64,000 bases of DNA from the human T2T-CHM13v2.0 reference genome, Homo sapiens: NCBI RefSeq assembly GCF_009914755.1, contig NC_060942.1; one strand, 5' to 3'. The notes beneath the pieces are model-generated. The model was not told the origin of the DNA. It was given only the letters and a program-made list of their open reading frames with translations, and did not search any database. The position numbers and the translations under genes are program-made. Numbering within the stretch: position 1 is the first letter of the stretch; every line of letters begins with the position of its first letter. This document shows positions 1-13,404 of this stretch, piece after piece.

Positions 1-587
1 GTATGTGCACACACACACAATAAGCGCATCTTTTCATGGACTATTAACGTAGAGCTGATCATTTCCCTCATTTTCTCAAATAGCATATATCATTCACACA
101 GAGCGAGAGCATAATTTGAACAAAATCGAATGAGATTTTCCTGAGCTTCACATGAATTGAAGTGGGAGATAATAATCCTTTCTATTTTTTTCCTATCCAA
201 CAAGATCAGCTCTTAGAAGTCTCCTCAGTGTTTCAGATTTAAATACATGATATTTAATGCAGTTTCTAAATTTTAACTACTTCTAATTCTTCTAACTGTG
301 CAGAAAAGCACACTGAGATTTTGAGATCGTGCAATCATTCTGAAGTCAGGCCCACAAGCATGAGCAACAGCAGAATGTTGACTGGCCTGCTTAGCAGAAT
401 CCCAGCTCCAGGTCTCCAGTTTGGAAATGCATCTTTCAGTCAAACTAAAAAACTTACAAAATTAAAATTTCAAGCAAACAAAATGACTTTAATAAAACAT
501 CTTATTAAAGTTGTTTTTATACAAATGTATTTAAAGTTATATAAGTTTATTTAAAGTTGTATAAACATTATTAAAGAGAGGTAGACT

Positions 588-985
588 GTATAAAGAAAAC
601 GTGGTACATATATACCGTGGAATACTATGCAGCCATAAAAAAGAACAACATCATGTCTTTTGCAGAAACATGGATGGAGCTGGATAATGATATCCTTAGC
701 AAACTAAAGCAGGAACAGAAAACCAGATACTAAATGCTCTCACTTATAAGTAGGAGCTAAATAATGAGAACACATGGACACAAAGAGGAAAACAACAGGC
801 ACTGAGGCCTATCAGAGGATGAAGAGTGGGAGGAGGGAGAGGAGCAGAAAAAGTAACTATTGGGTACTAAGCTTAGTACCTGCATGATGAAATAATCTGT
901 ACAACAGACACCCATGACATGAGTTTACCAATATAAAAAGCTGGCACCCGTGAAACTAAAACAAAGAAAAAGAGAGAAGGAAAAA
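588..985 (+). mobile_element. L1 3' end/3' UTR fragment (older L1PA, about L1PA15-17)
   Basis: GGAATACTATGCAGCCATAAAAAAGAAC...CAGGAACAGAAAACCA...CTCACTTATAAG, ending in an A-rich tail. Confidence 0.9.
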
Positions 986-1929
986 GAATTATTGGCTACT
1001 AGTTCCAAGTAAATCATTCTTTACGCTTAAGTATAATTTTCCACTGGACTGGAATAGTGTTTTACTGACTACTATAATTTATTTTTACCAGCACTCAGAG
1101 AAATCAAATGCTTTTAGGAAGAATAAACAAGAACATGTTAAATTAAGCTGCATAAATAATTTTCACACTTTCTACTTGAGTGTCTGTGTGTGTTTTTGTC
1201 TTCCATATTATCTGTGACAGTGCAACCATTTTATATCCTATGCCTATTCAGATACTGCTCTATGCTTTAAAATTGTAGCTACTGTTTTCTTAACTCAGTA
1301 ATGTTTGATTCTATGCCTCTTGGATTTCATTACCTCACAGATTTTGCTCAGTTCCTTGACTCTTGTCATTGCCCATAAGTCCGTAACTATTGGCGTATTC
1401 GTTGGGGAAGTTATGTATGTTTTATCTATAGTAATGAAATTATGGGAGGTCTGTTTACAGCCTGGTATTTCTTTAGACTGAAGATTTGTCTAGCAATAAA
1501 GTTACACATACACCTTAAGCAAATGGAAATGATCCTCTCTTGATAAGATCACAGGTTCAATGTAGTCATGAGAGCAGAAGAATGCCAATATTCTTAGAAC
1601 AATCTATTTTACTAGAAGTTTTTAAATTATGTATTTTAAGTAAAAATAATATGATACTAGGCAGAAGGTTTCAGCTCTGACTAAGCCCAGAGGAAAAATT
1701 CCATTATCTCTTATCCTCTCTTGAATCCTTCTACAGGGGACCTCTGACCCAAGAGTTCGGTCAATGCATATGTTGGCAGCCAGCTGCACATCGCACCAAA
1801 TATGAACTTCAAATAGAAGAAAGCCTCATTTGGAAGAAAGCTCATGCACAGACTGTAAATATTTCAGAGCAGATTGTGTCTCTGTAGATTAAGTAAGTTG
1901 TGAAAGTCTGAACCTCTGCCAAAATTTTA

Positions 1930-2085
1930 AGACCTTGACCTTTACATCTCTGAGTTTCTATCTGTCATTTTTCCTTTCTATCTGTCATTTTACCTTTCAT
2001 ACTTATAAAATGGAATTCATAATCTTCTCAGCCTACCAAGTGTTAGTGTTCTAGGGATTCAGATAAAATATGTATGAAATTACTT
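1930..2085 (+). mobile_element. MIR fragment with a short internal tandem duplication (TTTCTATCTGTCATTTT x2)
   Basis: CTCTGAGTTTC...ATAAAATGG...AGGGATTCAGATAAAATATGTATGAA resembles the MIR core. Confidence 0.55.
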
Positions 2086-2105
2086 TGAATTACCTAAAAC
2101 ATGAC

Positions 2106-2185
2106 ATTTATTCATTCAACAAGTATTTGTTGAACATATACGTCCTTCCTGGTGCTGTGTCAGGTGCTGGTGAATATAGCTGTGG
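2106..2185 (-). mobile_element. L2 3' end fragment
   Basis: TTCATTCAACAAGTATTTGTTGAAC...CTGGTGCTGTGTCAGGTGCTGG is the typical reverse-complemented L2 tail. Confidence 0.65.
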
Positions 2186-2639
2186 TCATGGCAGACTTTA
2201 CCTCTGCTTTCATAACTGTAACATGAAAGTGTTGCTACCACAGTCATGTTATTAGAACGACTACTTTAACATCGACTACTAATATAAAATTTGTAGATGT
2301 TTAAATGAAATCATTATTTGTGTAACCATTAATATCCTGTGTAATGTTATAATATTTGGGGCACCTTTGTAATTGTTAAATGATTAATTTCATTCCCAGG
2401 TGAGTTTGTAGAAAATAATACAATCACTCTCAATTCCATTAGTGTTTTTACTTTCAGTTTGATTCACATTGCTCATCCCAGTCTGACGTAAGTCATCACC
2501 TACAAGAACCAGACAAGGAAAAACAGAACAAACTTGAAAGAAATCAGCTATCATATCTCTATAAATGTATTCTGCCTCTATTTTTCATTTTCTTTTAGTA
2601 AAGTACTTTATAAGAAAAACAATGAAGGGCAGGGAATTA

Positions 2640-2830
2640 GAATCTACTCAAGCATCTGCTGTATTCTAGACATTTTATGTCCATCGTCTCCTTCACACAC
2701 CTTGGCACTCCACAATGCAGAGGTTACTATCCCCAATTTGTAGATGGAGGATGAGAGGCATTGAGAGATGAAGTGACTTTTCAGACTCAGTCAGTTGCTC
2801 TCTAAAGCCAATGCTCTTTCCACTGTACCT
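2640..2830 (-). mobile_element. MIR
   Basis: TTACTATCCCCAATTTGTAGATGGAGGA...GAGAGATGAAGTGACTT...AAAGCCAATGCTCTTTCCACTG. Confidence 0.65.
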
Positions 2831-3132
2831 AACAATTTTGTTGTATCAATCTGTTTAACTACAACATGATATTATTTAATGTGACTCAGTTCATATGCTA
2901 TTGGTCAGTAGGGAATTGATGTGAATTTTGTTGGTCTTGTCAGCAAACAGTTTATTTTTCCAGTATGACAATGTTGTGACAAGATCAGAAGCCAGCTTTC
3001 TCACCATTAAATCAAAGTCTTATCAATATATGGAGACTTTTATGGAAAGAAACCTGAAATTACGCAGAAATGCCTTCCGCAAGAAGTGGCTAGTATGGTG
3101 GCTTCAAGAACAGTGACATTTTTCAGTATGTC

Positions 3133-3333
3133 CGTTGTTCTAAGACGTTAGTACATCACAATTACCTAGAAAACTTGTTAAAACACAGAAGTCTGGGCTC
3201 CCCCTCTTGGCCAACCCCCATTCCCAGAGGGTTTCTGTTTCCATGGGTCTGAAATACCACCTAACGATTGGCATTTCTAACAAATTTCTGCATGAAGCTG
3301 CTGGTCTGAGGACCACACTTTGACAACCAGTGC
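3133..3333. mobile_element. MER5A-like hAT-Charlie MITE
   Basis: CTTGTTAAAACACAGA...GCATTTCTAACAA...GCTGCTGGTCTGAGGACCACACTTTGACAACCAGTG. Confidence 0.75.
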
Positions 3334-4267
3334 ACTACATTAAGCTATCTGGAGAAGCTGCAAATGCAGATGAAGAAGCTACAAATTTTTCTATGTCAAC
3401 AAAAATTGACTGATGAGGGTGACCTTCGGATCATGTTTTTAATGTTTATGAAACTGGTCTCATTATCAGAAGTAAATGGCTTCAAGAACTTCAGCCTGAG
3501 GAAGAAAACATGAGTCCTAGGCATATCAGGCTACAACCATGTTTGGAATGAATCTAGGTGCAAATCTCAGTGGAGAATTAACTGTACCAATATTTTAATT
3601 AGGATTACTAATGTTTTGTTACTTCCTGATTACAAGGTTCTATAGGTTTTGAATGATCCACTGTAATCACGTTTCTTTTCCATAAGTCGTGTAGTTTTTA
3701 GCATGTAATTATGCAGACCATAAGGTTTTTCAGGAATACTAATATGGCATTAGATTAGAAATGCTATATTAAAAATTCTTATTAAATCTACTGATAGTAA
3801 CCAAAAAATAGAAGATTCAGAAGAACTAGCAAATGTGGAGAGAACGGATGAAATGGAAGCAGTGTGAACCTAGTGAATACTTGCCAAGCTGTATCTCCCC
3901 TGAATTTGTCAAAACATCATCTCCAGCATCTGAGCTAGACCAACCCTCAGTGCTAACATTGATGTGATTAAAGAGTCTGAACTGGGAGCAGAATTCCTTC
4001 AGGTATTTTGTTAATAAAATAAAGCTCTCCATCTCTCCTTAAATTAAACAAGCCTGCTCTCCTGGATCATGTTTTGAACATAGTTCATTTTACGAAAGGC
4101 TTCCCTTTGGGGCCCTTTATTTTAATTCTGGTTGTGCAAATCAGCCCATGTTCTGTTCATGAGGGACACCTGTTTATTCCCCGTGAAAACAAATTCGTTG
4201 GATGCACCCTGGGAGGCTACAAGGAGGGAAGTGAGAACGTGCAGAGCAGGTAGAAAGAGAAGTGAGA

Positions 4268-4739
<472 letters not shown>

Positions 4740-5626
4740 CTAACCTGTGTAGATTGAAACAAGGTTCCCTGTGTTCTCTAGCCTCATGCCATGGGTTGGT
4801 GGGGGGTGGGATGGGAGGGCGAAGTTTACAGGAAATCATCCCCGGTGTTTCAATAGTGCTTCAGTAGCTGGTATTGTCACCTTAATTTAGCTAGATAGAG
4901 AGTTTATCCCTGGACCACGATGTAAGAGAATACGAATGTTTTAATCCTATATAAGCTTCTAGTGACTGGTTTGGCTGAATTAGACAATATGGAAATTGAG
5001 TGAAAACTTGCTGAAAATGTGTTTCTCAAATGAGCCTGAGTAGGTAAATTAAAGGCAGAAATCTCCTGGTGAGCCAGTGTCTGCAAAGCCTTCAGGGGAA
5101 AACAACTTACTAGTTAAATAACGAAATCAGGATCTTAAATGATGTAGCAAGGCGTTCCCCCCACCCCTTTTAAACAATGGCCTTAATTAAAAAGACCACA
5201 GTTCTGTGCTGATGGGGAGGTTACTGTACGTTTGGAGAAAAGGACTAGATGGTGTTCTGAGTTAATTAAAATGTTCACTTTGGGTAAATATTCCAGTTCC
5301 TGTGGCGATGACAGCCAACAGTTCATAAGCTGAATGTAACTGTTTGACAAGTATCTGAATGAACAGCTTACCTTGAGAAACCCAATGTTGTGTGATAAGT
5401 TACAAATGCAGTAAGTTCTCCATCTGCTACAGTCTTAATCAAATCTCCCTGAGTAAAGGCATTTTTCAAGCAAGTAGAATGCAAGAGAGTGTCCCTGCAT
5501 ACTAAACCTGTGTGGCATGTAATTTAGAATCTTTGTTTCGGGAAATAGTTTATATCTTGATATGCACTGAAGTTATTAGATAGATATGCAGTTACCAGGG
5601 TATATGTAGAAGTAGCTATTAAACAT

Positions 5627-5805
5627 CAGTGTGCACTAGAATCATTTGGAGGGTTTATGAAACCCTAGATTGCTAGGCCCCACCCCCAAGAGTTTCTGAT
5701 TCAGCAGACCAAGGTTGAGGTTTGCATTTCTAACATTTGTATTTCTGTTAGAACATTCCAGGTGATGTTGGAGCTGCTGATTCAGAGACCACACTTTGAG
5801 AACCA
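5627..5805. mobile_element. MER5A-like MITE
   Basis: GAATCATTTGGAGGG...GATTGCTAGGCCCCACCCCCAAGAGTTTCTGATTCAG...GACCACACTTTGAGAACCA. Confidence 0.8.
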
Positions 5806-8800
5806 TAGAAAAGATATTGGTGATAGAGTAGTAAGAGCTTCCACTAGGAATTGTGGCACCCGGAATCTCTTCTAATTAATCATCAATATGACCAAGGTCA
5901 AGCCACTTGGTCTTATTGAGGTTGACTTGATGGCTTCCTACAACTCCACGTTAGAATTATTGGGTGAAATTACTGATGAGGAGAGAATTCTGCTAAGATT
6001 GTTAATTGACCATAGTTTATCAATTATCCTTGAAACTGTTACCTGATAGTGAATATTTTCCAACTTGAAGAAAATGCTTGAAGAAAAAAAGACACCTAAG
6101 CTGCCATTATCAATCAGTTATTACATAATCAAAGAACATTCAACTTCCGAATCAATAGACTGTGCTTTGGAAATGTTCTTTGATTGTCCAATTAGGGCCA
6201 ACTCCTGGGCCATGCTCCATCACTCAAACCCTCCCAGATTCTCAGATGCCTACATAGTTTTTCTGTGATCTTTTCATCTGATTTAGCCTGAGCTGCTTTG
6301 ATTCAAGACTATTTGGCCTAGGGATTTTAAGGAACTGGGAAAGCTCATTGATTATTTTCTTTTAGATTAAGCTACATATGTTAAAAGTCACTAAGCAATC
6401 AGGTCTGAAAAATCTCATTTGCCACAGTGAAGGAAAACAGCAACATTTGGATCTTGTGTTTCAGGCCAGGAATAGAAAAGCAGCATGCAACTGGGTCAAC
6501 TCTAGAGACCACTATTTGCTGTGTTGTTATATTAATCACTTAAATATGCTTCCAAATGTAAGTCAGGTCCTCTTCCTGGCCATGTTTGAGTAATGTAATC
6601 ATAGGTTAGTGACTGACATAAGATACTTGAATGTTGTTTTATTCAGCATTGTTAAGCATTGGTTCATGGTGCAGCAACATAAAAACAGAATAATTTTAAA
6701 GTCATTCTCAAACTTCTTATCTGTAAGCATCATTTAATATTACTAATCATAACATGTATCTCATGGAATATCCTACCCTTGCCTCAGACTCTAAGTCCCA
6801 CAACTAATGACTTGTCTTACCTGGAGAATAAAGACACAGGTTTCCATATATGGAGCCATCTGGGCATCCTTCTAGAAGACCAATTTGGAGCATCATTTAT
6901 CTTTTTAATTTTCAATTGATCATGGACAAAGAGGAGAATGGCCACCAGCTTCCTTACAATTGCTAATATTAGAAAATTATTTGAAAATGCATACTGGGCT
7001 GTTTCTGTACTAACTATTCCCCATTTCGTCTTTGGATATTATTTTCTAGAACAGATAAACACTTATTTATGTTTAAAATTTGTTACAAAGCCAAAATTTT
7101 TTAGAAAAAAAGCCATTAAATTTGCAGATAAGAAAAATATTTTTTCTATATTTATAAATTAAAATTCCAATCCTATGTAAAAGTTCTCTGTTATTTCTGC
7201 AAAATTATTTTATCTCACGTTTGAAAAACAATAAATATTATATAATGTGCTACATTTAGAAGATGATGACATGAGCAAAGTGTAACAAACTAGAACACAT
7301 TTATGAAGACTATCAAACCAGAAGCCAAATACACCTTTCCCTGGAATTATCTTTCTGCTCAGAAAGGAAACCATTAGGCTAATATTAAGAATATAGATTT
7401 TCAATAAAATAGAACCAAATATCTTTCAATTTTAAATAACAAATTCTGTGTAAGATGATGATTGCTTATAACAATAACATGAAGAAATTCTCACCTAATG
7501 GTCTTGATATATTTTATAATTTTAATGATTTCCTTGAACATTAAGAAAAATTTATTTCTGAGGGCTGTAATGACATTGCATAACTAGCCTTTTAAATGTC
7601 ATGTAACTCAAGAAAAAAGAAACGATATTAGCTTCCATTTGGACAGTACCTGACAGATTCTCATAAACAGCCTTATTGAGATATAATTTACTCAAAGTGT
7701 GCAATTCAACTGTTTTTGGTATATTTGCAGATATATGAAACCACCATCACAGTTAATTTTAGAACATTTTTATTGCCTCAGAAAGAAACTCCATACATTT
7801 TAGCTATCACCCCTCTACCTCCATCCCAACTTCCTCAGCTCTAATCAACAACTAATCTATGTCTATAGATTTTCCTATTTCGAACTTTCGTATGAACAGA
7901 ATTATATCACATGTGATCTTTTGTGATTATTTCACTTAATATGTTTTCAAAGTTCATCCACATGTTAGAATGTATCAGTATGATTCTCTTTTATAGCCAA
8001 ATAATATTCCATTGTTTGGGTATATCACATTTCTTTTACCCATTTGTCTGTGGATTAACATTTGGGATCAGGTACACTAATGTTTACAGCATCATTATCT
8101 ATAATATCTAAGTGTTTATGTGGAAATGTTTTCATTTCTCTTGGGTGTATCCCCAAGGATGGAAATGCTGGATCATATGGTAATTCTCTGTTTAATTGTT
8201 TGAGGAATTCCAGACTGTTTTCCAAAATGGCTACACCATTTTACATTCCTACCGGCAGTGAATGCATGTTTTGATTTCTTCACATTCTCACCAAACTTAT
8301 TTATGTCTTTTTTATTCTAGCTATCCTGATGTGTGTGAAATGGTATCTCGTTGTGGTTTTAATTTGCACTTCTGTCCTGGCTAATAATGTCAAGTATCTT
8401 TTCATATGCTTATTGGTCATTTGTATTATCTTTCTTGGAGAAATGCATGTTCTGATCTTCTGCCCATTTTTAAATTGGGTTATTTGTCTTTTTATTGAGT
8501 TGTAAGAGTTCTTTATATATTCTAGATACAAGTCCCTTATTAGATATATGGCAAATATTTTATTCCATTCTGTAAATATTTCACTTTCTTGATGGTGTCT
8601 GCTGAAGCACAAGAGTTTTTAATTTTAATAAAATTCCATTTATTTTTTCTTTCATTGCACATGCTTTTGGTGTCATAGCTAAGAATCCTTTGCCAAATCT
8701 GAGGTCATAAAGATTTATGCCTATAATTTTTCTATACGTTTTTTAGTTTTAGCTCTTATCTTTAGGGCTCTGATCCATTTTGAGTTGATTTTTGCATATA

Positions 8801-8925
8801 GTATGAGGTAAAGTGCTAATCCTATTCTTTTGCATATGGCTCTCCATTTTTCCAGCAGCATTTATTGAGAAGTCTATTCTTTACTCATTGAATGTTCTTG
8901 GTACCCTTGTCAAAAAATCAGCTGG

Positions 8926-9181
8926 AGCTGAGCGCAGTGGATCATGCATGTAATTCCAGAACTTTGGGATGCTGAGGTGGACGAATCACTTGAGCTCAGG
9001 AGTTTGAGACCAGCCTGGGCAACATGGTGAAACCCTATCTCTACAAAAAATACACTCAGGCAGGGGTGGTACATGCCTGTAGTCCCAGCTATGTGGAGGG
9101 TTGAGTCAGGAGGGTCACTTAAGCCGGGAAGTTGAGGCTGCAGTGAGCTGTGTTTGCGCCACTCCACTCCACCCTGTCTCA
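8926..9181 (+). mobile_element. AluJ-type with a deletion near the 3' end and no poly(A) tail
   Basis: J-like CACTTGAGCTCAGGAGTTTGAGACCAGCCTGGGCAACATGG and GTTGAGGCTGCAGTGAGC; inserted in L1M. Confidence 0.88.
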
Positions 9182-10384
9182 CTGGTCATACAGGTATGGG
9201 TTTATTTCTTGGTATTCCCTCAATTTTATTTCACTGACTTATATGTCTGTCCTTGTGCCAGAACCACTGTCTTGATTACTGTTGCTTATGGTGAGTTTTC
9301 AAATTGGGAAGTTAAAGTCCTCCTCCTTTGCCCTTTTTCAGAATTGTTTTAGATATTATGGGTCTGTTGCAATTCCATATGAATGTTACAATCATCTTGT
9401 CAGTTTCTACAGGTAAGTCAGCTGAAATTCTAATAGAAATTTTGTTGAATCTGTAGATCAGTTTAGGGAGTATTGCCATCTTAACAATGTTAAGTCTTCT
9501 GATCCATGAGTGTGGAATATTTTTCCATCTATTTAGACCTTTAACTTCTTTAAATTACATTTTGTAGTTTTCACACCATAGGTTTTACACTTCTTTTGTT
9601 AAATTTATTACTATGTATTCTTTTTGATGCTATTGTGAAAAAAATTACTTTTTAATTTAATTTTCAGATTGCTCATTGTAAGTCTACAGAACTACAGTTG
9701 ATTTTTTTGTATATTGTTCTTACATCTATAACCTTGCTGAACTCATTTATTGGCTCTAATCACTTTTTAGCAGATTTCTTACAATTTTTTATATATAAGA
9801 TTATGTTATCTGAGAATAGAGATAATTTTACTTCTTCCTTTCCAATTGGATTGATCTTTTATTTCTTTTTCTTGCCTAATTTGCCTGGCTAAAACCTCTA
9901 ATAAAATGTAAAATAGAAGTAGTGAGAAAGAACATTTTTTTCTTATTACTGATTTCAGGAGGAAAAGCATCCATTCTTTCACTGTTCAGTATGACACTAG
10001 CTGTGAATTTTTTGTAGACGGACTTTATCAAGTTGATAATATTTTCTTCTTTTTTTAGTGTTCCTATTATTAAAGGATGTTGGATTTTGTGAAATGCATT
10101 TTCTGTGTTTTTTTGAGATGATAAAGTGAGTTTTAAAAAAATTGTAGTGTGATACTGTATTAGATTAATTGATTTTTGAATTTTGAACCAACCTTACATT
10201 CCTGGGATAAATCCCATTTGGTCACGGTCATGGTTCTTTTTATAATCATGTGGTCAGTTTGTTTGTGTTTTGTTGAGTATTTTTACATCCATATTTATAA
10301 GATATATTGGTCTATTTTTTGTGTGATGTATTTATCTTGTTTGTATATCAGGATAATACTGGCCTCATAAAATGAGTTATGAAG

Positions 10385-12726
10385 TGATGTGATTTGACTC
10401 TGTGTCCCCATCCAAATCTCATGTTGAATTCTAATTCAATGTTGGGGGAGGGACCTAGTGGGAGGTGATTGGATCATGGGGGCAGATTTCCCTCATGCTG
10501 TTCTTGTGACAATCAGTGAGTTCCCATGAGATCTGATGTTTTAAAAGTATGTGGCACTTCCCCCTTTGCTCTTTCTCTCTCTCTCTCTCTCCTGCTGCCA
10601 TGTGAAGAAGGTACTTGCTTCCCCTTCACCTTCTGCCATAATTATAAGTTTCCTGAGGTCTCCTAGTCATGCTCCTGTTAGACCTGAGGAACTATGAGTC
10701 AATTAAACCTCTTTTCTTCACAAATTACCCACTCTTGGGTAGTTCTTTATAGCAGTGTGAGAATGCACTAATACAGAAAACTGATACTAGAAGTAGGGTA
10801 TTTCTATAAAGATACCCATAAATGTGGAAGCAACTTTGGAACTTTGTAATGGGCAGAGGATGGATCAGTTTGGAGGACTCAGAGGAAGATAGGAAGATGT
10901 GGGAAAGTTTGGAAACTTCATAGAGACTTGTTGGATGGTTGTAATGAAAATACTGATAGTGATATGGACAATGAAGTCCAGGACGAGGTGGTCTCAGATG
11001 GAAGGGAGGAACTTATTGGGAACTAGAGCAAAGATCACTCTTATTATACTTTAGCAAAAAAACAAGGCATTGTGCCCCTGCTCTAGGGATCTGTAGATCT
11101 TTGAACTTAAGAGAGATGATTTAGTGTATCTGGCAGAAGAAATTTCTAAGCAGCAAAGCATTCGAGATGTGGCCCAGCTGCTCCTAAAAGCCTACACTCA
11201 TTTGCATAAGCAAAGAGAACTTATATTTAAAAGGGAAGCAGAGTGTAAAAGTTTGGAGAATTTGCAGCCTGACCATGTGGTAGAAAATAAAAACTCATTT
11301 TTCAAGCTGGCTGCAGAAATTTGCATAAGTAAGGCAGAGCTGAATGTTAATAGCCAAGACAATGGGGAAAACATCCCCAGGGCATTTCAGAGGTCTTCAC
11401 AGCAATCCCTCCCATCATAGGTCCAGAGGCCTAGGAGGGAAAAATGGTTTCATGGGTCAGGCTCAGGGCGCAGCTGCACTGTGCAGCCTCAGGACATGGC
11501 ACCTTGTGTCCCAGTTGCTCCAGCTCCAGCCATGGCTAAAAGCTGCCAAGGTACAGTTCAGGCCATAGATTCAGAGAGTGAAAGCCCTGCCAAGCCGTGG
11601 CAGCTTCCACATGGTGTTGGGCCTATACAGAAGGTAAGAATTGAGATTTGGGGGTCTCTGCCTAGATTTCAGATTCCAGAAAATGTATGGAAATGCTTGA
11701 ATGTCCAGGCAGAAGTCTGCTGCAAAAGTGGAGCCCTCGTGGAGGACATCTACTAGGGTAATGCAGAGGGGAAATGTGGGGTTGGAGCCCCCACACAGAA
11801 TCTCCACTGAGACATTGCCTGGTGGAGCTATGAGAAGACAGCCACCATACTCCAGATCCTAGAATGGTAGATCCACCAACAGCTTGCACTGAGCTGCAGA
11901 CACTCAGTGCTAGCCCATGAAAGTAGCCAAGGGGGCTGTACACTGCAGGGGCAGAACTGCCCAAGGCTTCGGGAACCCACTCCTTGCATCAGCATGCCCT
12001 GAATGTCAGACATGGAGTCAAAGGAAATTATTTTGGAGCTTTAAGATTTAATGACTATCTTGCAGGGTTTCAGACTTGCATGGGGCCTGTAGTCCCTTTG
12101 TTTTGGCCAATTTCTCCCATTTGGAACAGGAGCATTTACCCAATACCTGTACCCTCATTGTATCTTGGAAGTAACTGACATGATTTTTATTCTACGGGCT
12201 CATAGGCAGAAGGAACTTGCCTTGTCTCAGATCATACTTTGGACTTGGACTTTTGATTTAATGCTGAAATGAATTAAGACTTTGGGGGACGATTGAGAAG
12301 GCATGATTATGTTTTCAAACATGAGAACATGAAATTTGGGGGTGGCCAGGGGTGTAATGGTATGGTTTGGCTCTGTATTCCCACCCAAATCTCATGTTGA
12401 ATTGTAATTCCCAATGTTGTGGGAGGGATCTGGTGGGAGGTAATTGGATCATGGGGATGGATTTCCCCCATGCTGTTCTCATGATAGTGAGTGAGTTCTT
12501 ACAAGATCTGACAGTTTAAAAATGTATGGAAGTTTTCTCCTTGCCCTCTCTCCCTCTCTTTCTCCTGCCTCCATGTGAAGCAGATGCATGCTTCTCCTGC
12601 TTCTGAGGCCTCCCGGTCATGTTTCCTGTTAAGCCTGTGGAACTGTGAGTTAACTAAACCTCTTTTCTTCATAAATTACCCAGTCTCGGGTAGTTCTTCA
12701 TAGCAGTGTGAGAACAAATTAATACA
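10385..12726 (+). mobile_element. Full-length ERVL-MaLR provirus (MSTA-like): LTR 10385-10775, internal region 10776-12357, LTR 12358-12726
   Basis: Two direct TG...AATACA LTRs; MaLR internal motifs (GCAGAAGAAATTTCTAAGCAGCAAAGCATT, GGAAATGTGGGGTTGGAGCCCCCACACAGA); polypurine tract before the 3' LTR; 5-bp TSD TGAAG/GGAAG. Confidence 0.93.
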
Positions 12727-12994
12727 GGAAGTATTTAATCCTTTTCTGCTTTTTTGGAAGAGTTTATGAAAAGTCAGTATTAAGGGTTCCTAAAATGTTT
12801 TGCAGACTTCACCCATGAAGGCTTCTGGACCTGGGCTTTCCTTTGTGGGTAGTTTTTGGGTCACTAATTCAGTCTCTTCATTTGTTAAAAGTCTATTCAG
12901 ATTGTCTATTTCTGCTGAAATCAGTCACAGTAATTTGTGTCTTTCTAGGAATGTATCTATTTCATTTAAGTAATCTAATTTGTTGTCATACAAC

Positions 12995-13404
12995 TAATAT
13001 GATCTGGATATTTATCCTCTCCAAATCTCATGTTAAAATGTGACCCCCATGTTGGAGATGGGGCCTACTGAGATGTGTTTGTGTCATGGAAGTGGGTCCC
13101 TCGTGGATGTCTTGGTGCTCTTCTGTAATAATCTTTATTAGAACTCATTTCTATTCATGTGAGAGCTGGGTGTTCAAAAGATCATAGCACTTTCTCTCTC
13201 TTTCCTCCTGTCTTGCCATGTCACATGCTGCTGAGTATCCTTCCACTTTCATCATAACTGGAGCTCTCTGAAGCCCTTACTAGAAGCAGATGCTGACACC
13301 ATGCTTCTTATACAATCTGCAGAACTGTGAGCCAAATAAACCTCTTTTTTTAAAAAAATTAACCTGAGATATTTCTTTATAGCAACATGAAATGGACTAA
13401 TACA
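12995..13404 (+). mobile_element. MSTB-like MaLR solo LTR
   Basis: CCAAATCTCATGTTAAAATGTGACCCCC...GAGCCAAATAAACCTC...GGACTAATACA; TSD ACAAC/ACAAA. Confidence 0.85.

Noticed and set aside
11124-12178. Cluster of ORFs suggesting a gene
   Set aside because: Fragments of the decayed MaLR internal region with frameshifts and stops.
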